From Epiperipatus broadwayi (taxonomy: Eukaryota > Animalia > Onychophora), in NCBI GenBank assembly GCA_028023455.1, contig JAQFVV010000011.1, forward strand, positions 5,084,001-5,148,000: a stretch of DNA of 64,000 bases, written 5' to 3'. Made by a program: the position numbers and the translations under genes. The notes beneath the pieces were generated by a model that had not been told where the DNA came from, did not search any database, and saw nothing but the letters and a program-made list of their open reading frames with translations. The stretch's first letter is position 1, and each line of letters opens with the position of its first letter. Positions 25,034-37,213 of this stretch are shown here, one piece after another.

Positions 25034-26904
25034 GACTGCAGAAAGGAGTTTGCTATCAACTGAAAGGAGACCCTTTGATTCCTCTTGCAGGCCTTAAAGG
25101 AACCGAGCAGGGCAAATTCCTAATGTCCACTCCATACTATAAGAAGTATTTTGTGGATTAAAATGGGAAGCTAAAGGAGTGAAAGTAAATGGAGATTATT
25201 TAAGTCATTTAGATTTTGCAGATGATATAGTTATTTTTAATAATATAGGCGCTATTGCACCTGAACGCAAAGCTACTTTATATTTAAAACAAAATAAAAT
25301 TATACTATTCTGCAAGCACTTTCAAGAGACTTGCTCTCATCTTCATAGCTCTAAGTGAATTAATTATATGCAATTATGCAAAGTTCAAGGTTAATTGCTC
25401 CATTTTCTTGAGATTGTGAAGTATGTGTCCTTGCGGTTGATGGCATTGCAATCCATCGCTATGAAGCAGGCCTCCTTAACTTTTCTTTTTACATCGTGCC
25501 TTTCTTTGCAGACCAGGCTGACATCTTGAGGTTGACACTGGTGTCCTGTTATTTTTTGATGAATTGCAAAAATGGAATAACGTGATGGATCTGACTGAGC
25601 TTTAATATATGCATATTTATGTTATTGTAATCTGGTTTCTGTTGCTGCCTTGGTCTCCCCATAATATGAAGCTCTACAATTTGCATGAGTGCATGCAATA
25701 TTATAAACGGCTTGAGATGTTTGAGACAATGCTAGTTTATCTTTAGTGTTGTTAAGCAATCTGTTAGAATTCATTAAAAAATAACAGGATATCAGTGTCA
25801 ACCTCAAGATGTCAGCCTGGTCTGCAAAGAAAGACACGATGTAAAAAGAAAAGTGAAGGAAGCCTACTTCATAGCGATGGATTGCAACGCCATCAACCGC
25901 AAGGACACATGTTTCACGATCTCAAGAAAATGGAGCAATTAACCTTGAACTTTGCGTAATTGCATATAATTAATTCACTTAGAGCTATGAAGATGAGAGC
26001 ACGTCTCTTGAAAATGCTTGCAAACTAGTATAATTTTATTTTGTTTTAAGTATAAAGTAGCTTTGCGTTCAGGTGCAATAGCGCCTTTATTATTTTACAA
26101 GTATATTTTCGCACGCAAAGTTTTTGAGTTAGGTTTGAATTACATAGTTATTTTTGCAAACAATGCTTTAGAGTTGCAGGAAATGTTGCAGGAGTTATCA
26201 GATGAAAGTAGGACTAAAGATAAATGTTAAAAAGACTAAAATAATGTTTAATGGATTTTTTCAAAATATGAAAATAAAGATTGATTATGATGAGTTAGAA
26301 GAAGTTAACAGTTACAAATACCTTGGTTGTTTATTAATACAGATGGAAATATAATGGATGAAATTAATCATCGAATTAAACTTGGTTGGAGTGCTTTTGG
26401 TAGAAATAACTTGATACTAAAAGGAAATGTGCCTATGTGTTTGAAAAGGAAGGTTTTTAATAAATGTGTTTTACCAGTTCTTACTTATGGATCTGAGACT
26501 TGGACACTTAATAGAAGAGCAATACAGAGACTTCAGACCACTCAAAGAAGTATGGAGAGATGCATGTTGGGAGTAACAAGAAGAGATTGAAAACGCAATG
26601 TATGGGTAAGAGAACAAACAGGTGTTACTGACCTTATTGAAAAAATTAAAAGACTGAAGTGGAGTTGGGCTGGACATATTGCTAGAAGAGATGATAATAG
26701 ATGAACAATTGAAATCTTAAACCGGATTCCAAGAGATTGTAAAAGACCCAGAAAGAGACCACATGTGAGATGGATGGATGAATTAAGAAAGTGTACAGGG
26801 GTAATGTGGAGAAGAAAAGCTAAAGATCGGAAAAGATGGATTGAACTTGGAGAGACCTTCATCCTGCAGTGTATTGATAATGGTTGTTGTTGATGATGAT
26901 GATG
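25034..26904 (+). mobile_element. 5'-truncated RTE-clade LINE interrupted by a PLE
   Basis: GVKVNGDYLSHLDFADDIVIF, NHRIKLGWSAFG, CVLPVLTYGSETW, QRSMERCMLG, KWSWAGHIARR motifs; (GAT/GTT)n tail; 12-bp duplication aataacctataa at 25022-25033 and 26905-26916. Confidence 0.9.
25239..26143. mobile_element. Penelope-like element 3' fragment with inverted arms (GIY-YIG endonuclease remnant)
   Basis: Arms 25247-25565 and 25768-26086. Spacer encodes VYNIACTHANCRASYYGETK on the minus strand; arms encode KRKVKEAYFI...INR. One-sided tail 26087-26143; 12-bp duplication atagttattttt at 25227-25238 and 26144-26155. Confidence 0.88.
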
Positions 26905-28189
26905 AATAACCTATAAAAAGAAAATTTGACAAAAATTAATTTTAAATTTAGTTTCAAAGGGTCAAAAAACAAACAAACCTTAATATGGTTACAGTTTTTT
27001 TTAATAGATCAAGAAATGATAATGACTAGTCAGTTTTGGCTAAAATGAGAAAAAAATTGAGTTACATTAACTGAAGGAATATGGTGAATAGATCTTGATG
27101 ATTTCATTATTCAATAATTAAGATTTTGAGCTCATTTTAACAATTTGTTATTAGTAATTTATTTCTCTAAAATATAAAATTTACTCTCACATTATTTTTT
27201 GATTTATTTAAAATGACATCAAAAACTTGAATAAGAAACAGTAAAAAAATTAAATCAAAGAGAACTTTTTATGCCATACTTTTAATGAAAGATGAAATTC
27301 ATTATCGAATTTTCAGTTTTAATTAAATAATTTTTTTTAATTTAGTTAACACATTTACTGAATTCGCACATAGGGGTATGTATATATAGAATTAGTTTTA
27401 TGACAAAACTTTAACTTTCTAAAGAAAAGAGATGGGCTTCTTTCACAATGGAGTGCATATCCAATTCATATGCAGAAGGTCCACAGTTCACGCCTGAAGA
27501 GATCATACCAGGATTATACTACAAGAAGGTTTTCAAATTTATAGAAGTATTTTCAGATCTCAAACACTGTATTAATAATGGCAGATAATAAAAAAAATTA
27601 CATGGAAAGCTAATTATGAGGATTGGAAGCGAATGTTGATAAGAGTAGAAAGGAAAGAAAAAACTGAAGTATGTTGCAAAGATTTGCATAGCAGTAATAA
27701 TATGTAGCCTCATCCAAAGCATGACATAATATATTTTTTATAAAAGGATAGTTTCAAATATCTATTTTACTGAGATGATTTTATCCGTGTTATTTTGTCA
27801 ATGGATAAGACAATCTAATATTTTTTTAAATCGCTGAAGCTTACACAAATTATGATTGGCCTCCATGATGTAGATTCAAGCATCAGAGGAGAAAAAAGGA
27901 AATGAAAATTCTAAATTAGAACTAATAAACATGGTCCGCTTAATAAATATAGAATATACAAGTGCAAATCTTTTTCTAATATTTAATAAGGAAAGATTAA
28001 AAGACAATGAATTCCAGCACCATGACTTGACTTTGCTAGAGTATACAATTATGTTATATCTCTATATTGAATTATTTCCATCATCTGATTGAATTATTAA
28101 CTATTTTTAGAAAAATCCATATTTTATTTATATTTTTTCAAATACTTTCAATTGTTAATAGCATATTTTGAGTAGTATTTTTCTCTTCT

Positions 28190-28600
28190 CTTATTTAGAT
28201 GTTGCTGATTGATCAAATCTTAAATGACACCTGTAATCAAAGTATGCTTTAAATTCAATACTTTATGAATTTAAATGTCACCAGTCCAATTTCTTTACCA
28301 TTTGATTATTTGGTCAGGTTGGCAATAACACCTAAAGAAGAAATATTGTATTCTAGATTAACCTGGATATTATTACTAACAGTCAAATGCATTTGGAAAA
28401 GTAAAAATAATGTTTGAATTTTTCTTAAAATAGTTACAATTTAACTAGCTGGTGGAATGAACATATAATTGGAAATAAAATGGCATCATCAAAAACTTGC
28501 AAATATTTATATTGGACTTATATCTTTTCTAAATCATTAATAAACTGGATTATCCAGTCTAATCATTAAATGGTCTTGACATCTAATTTGTTTTTACAAT
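28190..28600 (+). pseudogene. Possible hAT/BED-finger transposase remnant
   Basis: Decayed SNLK*HL*SK, resembling the BED-finger motif SNLKRHL.SKH; many stops. Confidence 0.25.
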
Positions 28601-29699
28601 TTATCAAAGGAAATGAAACAAAAATTATTATTTTTTATTATGATTTGCAAGAAATCCAATATTAGAATCCCAAGTCTTATTAATTAAAGCAAAAGGCAGA
28701 AACTGGTCTGGAAATGGGGATTTAAATCACTAATTGTTCATTCTTACTAGAATGGAGAGCTACGGTTATTGTGAAAAGTAAAGATTTAAGTGATTTATTA
28801 TTATTATTATTAATTAATTACCTATGAAAATTTTATAATTAATTATTTTTATTTATTTTAATTTTGTAATCGGTATGTAATTTTAAAATATTTGATAGTT
28901 TTTCACCAAAATATTAGTAGTCATCAACATAACAGTTTAGAATGCCGAATATTAACCATCATAAAGAAGGTAACTGGTATCTGGACTTCTGTTCAAAAAA
29001 TGGTGTCATAAGGCTTGATCAGTCTCATTATTAAGCAACACAAAGCAGTGGTCATTAGTAATAACTTTTAGTCCAAAACTAACAAAACATCACCTGACCT
29101 CACTTTATATAATGCTTTTCATTAGCAAATTCTATGTCTCTCACTCCAGTTATGTCACCTAGTGTAAGTATGAATAGTTTGCATAATTGCTACTTGGCAG
29201 TGGTTTTCACATCTCTAATGGTCTATCCATATCCACAGACTAGTTTTAAGTTTATAGTTTCCATTAGTGAGAGTTTTTGAACCTTAGTTTAGTACAAGCT
29301 TTGGGTCTAATGCAGCTTTCCCCTTTTACTCTATCGTCTTTTTTAAACTGGTGTCATACCATAATTTTATTGGTTTCATACTGATCCTGACCAAGGGATA
29401 GAGATGTTTATAATTACCAAAAAACTAAGGACATCACAATATATAAATACTGAACTGTTATCCAATATACACAAGTAAATTGGCCTAGGTTCAAAACAAT
29501 ATGTTTTGGAATATGGGCTGGTAGCTTAATAGAAAAAAAGAATAAAAGATTATAGTGCTGAAGTGCATTAGAAACAAAAAATCCATATACATTAGTCCAC
29601 AGACTGTTTCCTAAGCAGAATATTTTATAACGCAGCTGACATTTTAAAACTATTGATTTTTAATATGAATGCCAAATGCATAAGCAATGATATCTTGAG

Positions 29700-30120
29700 G
29701 ATAAAAATTAGATAGCAGATGATAGAAAAATATAATATCTGCCAAATTGTTGCTCACACTTTTTCCAGTCCCTGTAAGAATTCACATATTATGGTGGAAA
29801 CTAATATGATTTGTGAAGCAATTTTACAGTATTTTCTTGGTCTCCGGTCATTACTCTGCATGGGTAGCTGCACATTATTGTCTGTTTTGAATGGGCCAGG
29901 TTCTTTTTCTGGGAATATTTTGTTTCCGAGCATCCAGGCATCAATATGGTCCACAAAGCATATTTTGGGTGTGAATACAAGGATTAGGTTACATGTCTCT
30001 CATGGTACCTTTAATCACTTAATATTATTGATTCTTTGTGAGTCATTTTTGAGCAGTAAATGATATACTGATATCCATTGACAATATTTCTTGAAGAACT
30101 TGAAACTTTCTAGATAATGC
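29700..30120 (-). pseudogene. Possible piggyBac-like transposase C-terminal remnant
   Basis: Minus-strand FPEKEP...DRRPRKYCKI loosely resembles the start of a piggyBac cysteine-rich tail. Confidence 0.25.
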
Positions 30121-30292
30121 TCATGTTTTGTGTACTACTGTTCCACATAGGATATAAACAGTTTTTGATGAATAACAGTAAAAAAATGTCAAAGATATTT
30201 CCTCTATTTAATCTTTACATGTATATTTATATGATAAGTATTTTTGAAATTGCAAGTAATAAGACTAAAATTATTTAATAAATAAGTATTAT

Positions 30293-30460
30293 TAGATGAT
30301 CTGGACCAACTGATGAGTGCTGGTTAAGCATGAAATACATACATTGGAGATTACTTATCATTTTTGCATGTATGTGGTCATGTTTGTATTGGTTGTATAA
30401 GATGGAGTGGATGACTAAAGGAAGCTTGAAAGACTAGGTTCAAATCCTCTCCATTTACAT
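30293..30460 (+). mobile_element. HHR family 2 (HHR followed by tRNA-like segment), copy 1
   Basis: ACCAA-CTGATGA-GTGC-TGGTTAA-GCAT-GAAA-TACATACA-TTGG, then about 90 bp later GGTTCAAATCC; homologous to 34910-35075. Confidence 0.75.
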
Positions 30461-30843
30461 CTAGCTTAAAAGTATACATATGATACTTGTATTTAAAAAT
30501 TAGATCATTGTTAAGAAAAATTGAATTACATTTAAACTTTTATTTATTTTTACAATGCAATAGCTTTACAAGATCCCTCCCTCCAAATTTTATTTTTATT
30601 TTAAGTCTGGGAGTAAATTTAAAGTTTTAAATCACTTGGAAAATGAAATTATTTTTTAAAAAGGAGAATTTTTGTTAATTGTTGACATTTAGAATTAAAC
30701 CATGTAGTAGATTTTCATAATGAGACAAATTAATTTTATTTTTATATTTCTATAGTTGCTGTAACATTAAATATTGATGAAAATCATTATAATTGATTAT
30801 TACTACCATTCCTTTTTAAATAAATCCATAAACTCTTATCTGA

Positions 30844-30913
30844 CGAATTTTAATCATCTTGAAATATTTGCCTTTGGTTCGAATTTTAATCATCTTGAAA
30901 TATTTGCCTTTGG
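30844..30913. repeat. 36-bp-period tandem duplication
   Basis: cgaattttaatcatcttgaaatatttgcctttgg x2. Confidence 0.9.
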
Positions 30914-31849
30914 CTTAGAATAGATAGCTATATTTTTAATAATTAATACTGGATGGCTGACTGAATTTGCTGTCTGGAAATATCCTGAGTTTGATTCCGG
31001 AATTCCCGGCTAGCCAAGAAAACTTCCAATTTCAAAGAAACACTACAATACAAAACTCATATGAAATAAGACATTATATAAAGTATTTAAAATTTGTCTA
31101 GTTAATATATTTTATAGCCTATATGTGACAGAGCTGCTTTAGAAGAAAAAAATGTTTCCAAAAATGTAAAATTTAGAAGAAGAAAAATATTTTCAAAAAT
31201 AAAATTTATTTTGGCGATTTTTTTTTTACTATTTATTTAAATATATGTATATTTGAGATTTGCCCATAATCTAATGGTCACTTAGAACATTTAACACATA
31301 ATTCATTGTATTAGTTTTTTTGCTTTGAGTAATATCATTTAAGTTTCTCAGTACTGGTGAGTTTGAATTTGTGCAAGAGCATGTGTATATATGAAGAGGG
31401 TGCTATCTAGTAATAAGTGTGTATATATTATTAACATCTGGCATCTGGATACCATCCATCTGAAGCTTATTTTGAAATACCAGTGATTGAGTTTTGGTGT
31501 TATTCTATGTCATTAATGTTCATTTTCTCAAGGTAAAGTTTGGTATGCATGTACATAAAAAGTCATTAACTCCATAAATAAGACTGTCCCATTCATGACG
31601 GGACATGTTAGTGTCACTCTTTATTATAATTTTGACTCTATCTAACTATCACTACTGCCCATATTATGATCCCACTTTAGATATGTCACAGTTGTGATAT
31701 GAAAACATCAAAAGTTTTCTTGACAAGATACTTAAGCTACTCCAAAATAAATCTTCCATGTTGAATTGAGTGAATTTTGTGTTAAATGTTCTAAATTATT
31801 ATTAGCTTTCTTAAACATGTATACTTAATGCTCTTTTTTTTTTTTTTAG

Positions 31850-31979
31850 CTGGCATTTGCAATTCATTCAGTCAGAGTTTCAGGGTCAACTTCCAAAGCC
31901 TTATAGCAGTCACAGCAATGCAACTAGAATCATACCGAGTGAAATGAATAACCAGAATCTTGAAGAACCTTCTAGATAT
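31850..31979 (+). CDS. ALG9: ALG9 exon
   Basis: ttttag/gtaaga boundaries, phase 2/0. WHLQFIQSEFQGQLPKPYSSHSNATRIIPSEMNNQNLEEPSRY. Confidence 0.97.
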
Positions 31980-33658
31980 GTAAGAATAGGTTTAGAATGT
32001 TTATAATATATATATATGCCAATGAGAATTCTAGAATATGATAAATTAATCATCAGTAATGATTTGCGATAATGAAATATTTAATACATTCATTAATATT
32101 TTAATAGACATTGCAAACAACTGTAAATCAAGTGATGTAATAATAAAAATAGTTTATTTCAAGTTCCATTAAATTTAAATTTAGAATAGAATTAACTTAC
32201 AGTATCTGGCATAATTGTACACAAGCCAAAGGAGAATAGTTCAGTTTTGCCTTTAAATAACATATTTATTCCTTAATTTTAAACTATTTTTGTTTGTAAA
32301 AAGAATTTATTAAGTTTTATTCTGTCTTCGTAATAGATGCCCATTCAATTTTAATTCTTTTCTGGGGATTCTAATTTTGATTAAATAACTTATTATCCAT
32401 TCATAAGTCCTTATTCTGAAAATGGGATTATCATAAAAGCAGCAGGATATGCAGTACTTCTTCTTGAATGAAAAATACTGGAATCACATATAATTTGATG
32501 TATTTTACAATGGAATTGTTATGTAAATAAGCATTTACTTTTTATATAGCGCTGTGTTGAAAGAATAGGTGGATTCATTTTATTCTTTCATAAATACTAT
32601 ATCTCGTGTTGGGAATTAAAGTATTCATTTATTATTAACACTCTTAAAAAGTGCATGCACAATTAGCTTGAAAGGCTGATATTTAAATGTAATGGAATTG
32701 TTAATAAATCCTTTCAAGCCATATTTAAAAGTACAAATTTATCAAGATTCATAGGATTAAAAAAAAAAAAGATTAATAATTTTTTCAGGGATCTGTAACC
32801 TTTAATGTTAAATAAATTTTATTTAAGCTTTTCTAGACATTCCAATATGGATATGCAGATCCAAATACGAATTTCAGTAATTCATCCTTTGTTTCCTCAT
32901 TCATTCAATATACTTTTAAGTCACCTATCAAACTAGGGTTGATATAAAGCAAAAGCAAAAATTAGCTTACTAATACAGTACCTCATGATCTCAAATACCA
33001 CCCAAATGAGGAAAAAAAAAGCCCCATTTTTTTTTTTTTTTGTGTGGCTATTCTGCAGATTTATAAATTAAGATTATGTATTAAATAAACTTTTCTTTTT
33101 TTAAAATTATAATTTAAATAAGGATTCATTTAAAATATATTATGTAAATTCTCAAAACTATAAATGCAGATATAGATTCACCATCACATATTTCACACAT
33201 AATTGAAGTATTAAATCTTGTGGTGTTTCAAGGTCTTAATCATTTTATTTCGTATCTTAAATGACCTGATAGTATATCTGACTACACATATTACGATCAC
33301 TTACTATTTTTTATATTCTCCCAAGTATCATCCACTTGTCTGCCGGAATTATGAAGCTGACTTTTGTAGCGTATAGGTTTATTAAGGGTTTTTAAAAATC
33401 AAGTTTGTAAACTCTGGAAAATCTACTGCAAAAAAAAAAAAAAAACTATTATCAAGCAATTTATCTATAGTAGTTTAATCAGAATAATTTGGGTGCATAT
33501 TTATGTAATATACATGTATCAGTGAAAGATGTGTACTTATTAATCTTTAATATGAAATTTAGCACAAATACCATAATATAAAATAGATATTTAGTTTTAA
33601 TCAGACTAAACTACTAATCATGTCAGATATGCTAAAACTCAAAACAGTTATTTTCTAT

Positions 33659-33828
33659 TACACGATCACTGCTCTCAGATCCAAGGCTCCTCACTGATGA
33701 AAGCCACAAGCTAGAAACTAGTCTGGTGATATTGGTTGAATAGGCACTAGATAGGGATTTTATGCACAAGCCTTCTGGCTTGCACTGAATGGCATTACTG
33801 TATGAAGAGTTTTGCCTGTTGTAATTAC
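33659..33828 (+). mobile_element. Family-1 insertion with the best-preserved HHR
   Basis: Short antisense tail remnant (tacacgatcac) plus a sense arm; 11-bp duplication ttattttctat at 33648-33658 and 33829-33839. Confidence 0.85.
33689..33728 (+). ncRNA. Minimal hammerhead ribozyme
   Basis: CCTCA-CTGATGA-AAGCCACAAGCTA-GAAA-CTAGTC-TGGTG; palindromic stem III ACTAGT; predicted cleavage after GUC (33723). Confidence 0.7.
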
Positions 33829-34079
33829 TTATTTTCTATATTATTATGGTGGTAGAAAATTTATTTAGAGCTATGTATATGTATATATTTTTAAACTGTG
33901 ATGTTATGAATGATTACAATTTATATTGTGGTTAAATAAATCGTGAAATATTAAACACTTATGTAATAATAATAAACAGCCACTCAAAATGATCATTTCA
34001 ACTCCAAAAAAAGAAAAGAAAGGAGAAAGAGAGTGAAAAAATACTCTAAAAGTGAGTTTTGTAATGATTATACAAACCC

Positions 34080-34480
34080 ATCTATGAATCACCAATGCGT
34101 TTGAATGCAGAGTATGCTGTTACAATTTTCTGTTTGCTTGATATTCTGCGATGTTGTCTTTTAGCTTCCCCAGCAGAAAACTTTTCTTTCCGAAACACTT
34201 CAATACCTTGTTTAATTGTAGTTCTCCAATGTATTCTATTCTCTGTCTTATCTTCCCAATGGAAACAATTGACGTTGCACATCTTTAGAATATCTTGGAG
34301 ATAATCGTTATAATATAGACAGGGTCCACCTCTCCTACAAACCCATAGTTCACCATAAAAATATTTTTTTAGGAAGTCTTCCATTGTTTATTCATTTTAC
34401 ATGCCCAATCCAATGAAGGTTATGATTTTACAATAGTGGAATGAAAAGTACCACATCCTGTAAGCTGAAGAACATATTGA
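34080..34480 (-). mobile_element. RTE (BovB-like) 3' fragment
   Basis: Minus strand: W.GHV...RLPKKIFYGEL and R.GG...YND.LQDILK.C.V...WED....R..WR..IK.G...F, typical of the RTE-BovB C-terminus. Confidence 0.75.
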
Positions 34481-34909
34481 TTGGTTTTACAATCTTCTCA
34501 TTGTATTAAAAAACACTTATATAAAATAAGGATAATTATACATTTATTTTTAATTTCCCCAATTTAGTTAATATTATTATAAACGCCAAATTATATATAG
34601 TTTTATTAAATGCACTGAGATTAATTGTAATCGACTAGGAAAGCAGATTTATGTTTTTCTTTAGTGCAAATGTTAGAGCTTAATACGTGAATCAGTAATT
34701 GTCTCTTTAATATTATATGATTTTTTTGAATACACAATAAATTGTGATTATGAGAATAGTATATTTCACTTTCCAAAAAATATTATATATATATATTGCT
34801 TGAAGCTATAAAAATGTAATGTGGTGAAACATGTAGTATGTGAACTTGTGTTGTTTATTTGAGTTATTGTAAATACGATATTGTTCAAAATATACTAAAC
34901 ATATATGTA

Positions 34910-35075
34910 TGGGAGATGGTAATCTCGACCAACTGATGAGTGCTGGTTTGGCATGAAATACATATATTGGTGATTATTTATCTTTTCTGCATGTGTGTGG
35001 TCATGTGTATCAGTAGTATGAGATAGTGTGGATAGTGAAAGGGCTTGAAAGTCTGAGTTCAAATCCCTTATATTT
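34910..35075 (+). mobile_element. HHR family 2, copy 2
   Basis: About 70% similar by eye to 30293-30460; ends GATAGTGTGGATAGTGAAAGGGCTTGAAAGTCTGAGTTCAAATCCC. Confidence 0.75.
34928..34971 (+). ncRNA. Minimal hammerhead ribozyme
   Basis: Stem I ACCAA/TTGGT, core CTGATGA, stem II GTGC/GCAT, GAAA, stem III ATA-CA-TAT, cleavage triplet AUA (after 34966). Confidence 0.75.
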
Positions 35076-36393
35076 ACAATTCTCATTATAGAAAGTACAA
35101 AGTTCGTCCTACATTTATTTAAAATTATATATATATAACTTTATGTAACTGAAACAAAAGTAATTGTAACTCCACCGAGTTATATAAATGTCAGTAAACT
35201 ATGAAAAGACAAAATAATACCACACTCTATCTTTTAGCTCTCTATTTAAGCTTAGTTAATTGATGTAATTTTAAACAGATAAGAGAATTATAATCTTTTA
35301 TATTAATTTGTATATAGAACAAATAATCTTAAATCACTATTCAAATATTCAGAGAATCAAGGCATACCTCCAGTTTTAATAACCTCCAAATATCAAATGA
35401 AACGTCAGTTTATTAAATGTAATAATAAATAGCCATAACCTAACTATATGTAATTGAAATGGAAGTGATAAACTATTAAAAGACAATGATATCTCACTTA
35501 AATGCCAACAAAACAAAACGATAGTGTTGTATTATTCAGTCTTTTCATAGTTTATTGACATCTATATACCTTAATGGGTGGATATATTGCTGTTCCAGTT
35601 CCATATATATACATTGGATACATTTAAAGCTTCTTTTTCACCACACTTTCTTGAAACATATGAATAAAAATGTCTGAAAAGGTAGATAATTCCATTGAGC
35701 CAGAACTCTTCAGCTCAACCAGGTTACAGTCTCTTACACATGCCTTTATTATTTGTTCAGTATTTATCAATATTCAATTATTAAAATTTAAGCATCAAAC
35801 TTCCTGCAGTCATGTCTTTGACAGCGTCTACTTTAAGTAAATACATTAATGATTATGACTAATCATTTATTAGGCTAAAGATTATCATATCATTCCTAAT
35901 GCAGATATAAACTTTAAACCCAGATAAAGATTAATACATCCTTTTTTTAAAAATTAAACATAAACACATGATTTCATCAATCCAGGTTCATTTTTCTTTT
36001 ATCATGTGTATTATTATTTTTGGACATGTCTCCCAAGATACATTTCATGCTGAACTGGTATCTTTTAGTTGGCCCAAATCACTATCTCCTACACATATCT
36101 TCATCATTTGTTTTATAATATATATGTGTATGTATGTATGTATAATAATTTTATTAGTAAACTAATTTCAAGTAAGGAATTAAATTACTTCAATTTAACT
36201 AGGTCATTTTTTAAAAATGACTATTCTATTAATATTCTCTATACAACTTCATTCAAATGCATAAAAGTATTTGACTAAATTGTAATATAAAATAAATGTA
36301 ATGAATTATCTTGTAACATATTTGAAATCGTAAATTAACACAGTATATCATCTTTTATTTTGCAATTTTCTTTAATTTTTTATCATTACCTAG

Positions 36394-36524
36394 GTGGACA
36401 TCAGACAATGCCATTATTTAATTGATTTGGATTTATCTGAAGAAACAGAAAAAGAACCAAGATTTGCTTCTCATACTGCAGACTGGAAAGTAATTCTATC
36501 TTCAAAATTCTTGAATGTTAAAAG
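36394..36524 (+). CDS. ALG9: ALG9 penultimate coding exon
   Basis: cctag/gtatat boundaries, phase 0/2. VDIRQCHYLIDLDLSEETEKEPRFASHTADWKVILSSKFLNVK(R). Confidence 0.95.
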
Positions 36525-36550
36525 GTATATAACTTTCTTTTTACATCTTA

Positions 36551-37097
36551 CATCACATGATCACTATTTCTTATGCTTGCTTATAACTGTTATTAAAACA
36601 GGCAAAACTCACTATATGTATTGCCACTCACAGCAAGCTAGAGTAATCAATGGATGCCAGAAGGTTTGTGCATAAAATCCCCATCTAGTGCCTACTCATC
36701 CAATATCCCCAGACTTGTGGACTTTGTCAGTGAGGAGCCTTGGATCTGAAACACTGCACCTAGATCTTAGAATCTAATGCAACCTTCCAGCAGCCACCTT
36801 TTATCTCTACTTAATTACAAAACTATGAGCTTTAAATTGAAAATATTAAAGTGTTTTCAATTTAAGACTCATAGTTTTGTAGTTAACTGGAGATAAAAGG
36901 TGGCTTCTGGAGGGTTGCATTAGATCCTAAGATCTAGGTGCAGTGTTCTCAGATCCAAGGCTCCTCACTGACAAAGGCCACAAGTCTGGGGATATTGGAT
37001 GAGTAGGCACTAGATGGGGATTTTATGCACAAGCCTTCTGGCATCCATTGATTACTCTAGCTTGCTGTGAGTGGCAATACGTATAGTGAGTTTTGCC
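36551..37097. mobile_element. Family-1 long fold-back element filling the last ALG9 intron
   Basis: Tail 36551-36599; arms about 36600-36843 and 36854-37098; degenerate duplication ttttt(a/g)cat(c/g)ttaca at 36538-36552 and 37098-37112. Confidence 0.9.
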
Positions 37098-37213
37098 TTT
37101 TTGCATGTTACAAATGGTAGCTCAACCTACTTTTGTTTCTATTGTTACAGTTTGTATATTTCATGTAATTATTCTTTTACTTATTTTTTTTATAAATATT
37201 TTCTCTACTATAG

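Noticed and set aside
25986-26015. Hammerhead in the GIY-YIG PLE arms (ATGAAGA-T-GAGAG-loop-CTCTT-GAAA)
   Set aside because: Stem II and GAAA are present, but C3 is missing in both arms and no stem III/NUH site is evident. Possibly a variant; not called.
30844-30913. CRISPR-like repeats (also 4248 and 22470)
   Set aside because: Only two units, no spacer series, and a eukaryotic intron context.
36394-36675. 93-aa ORF as an alternative ALG9 C-terminus
   Set aside because: Similarity stops at the donor at 36525; the rest runs into the fold-back element. Intron retention cannot be excluded but has no support.
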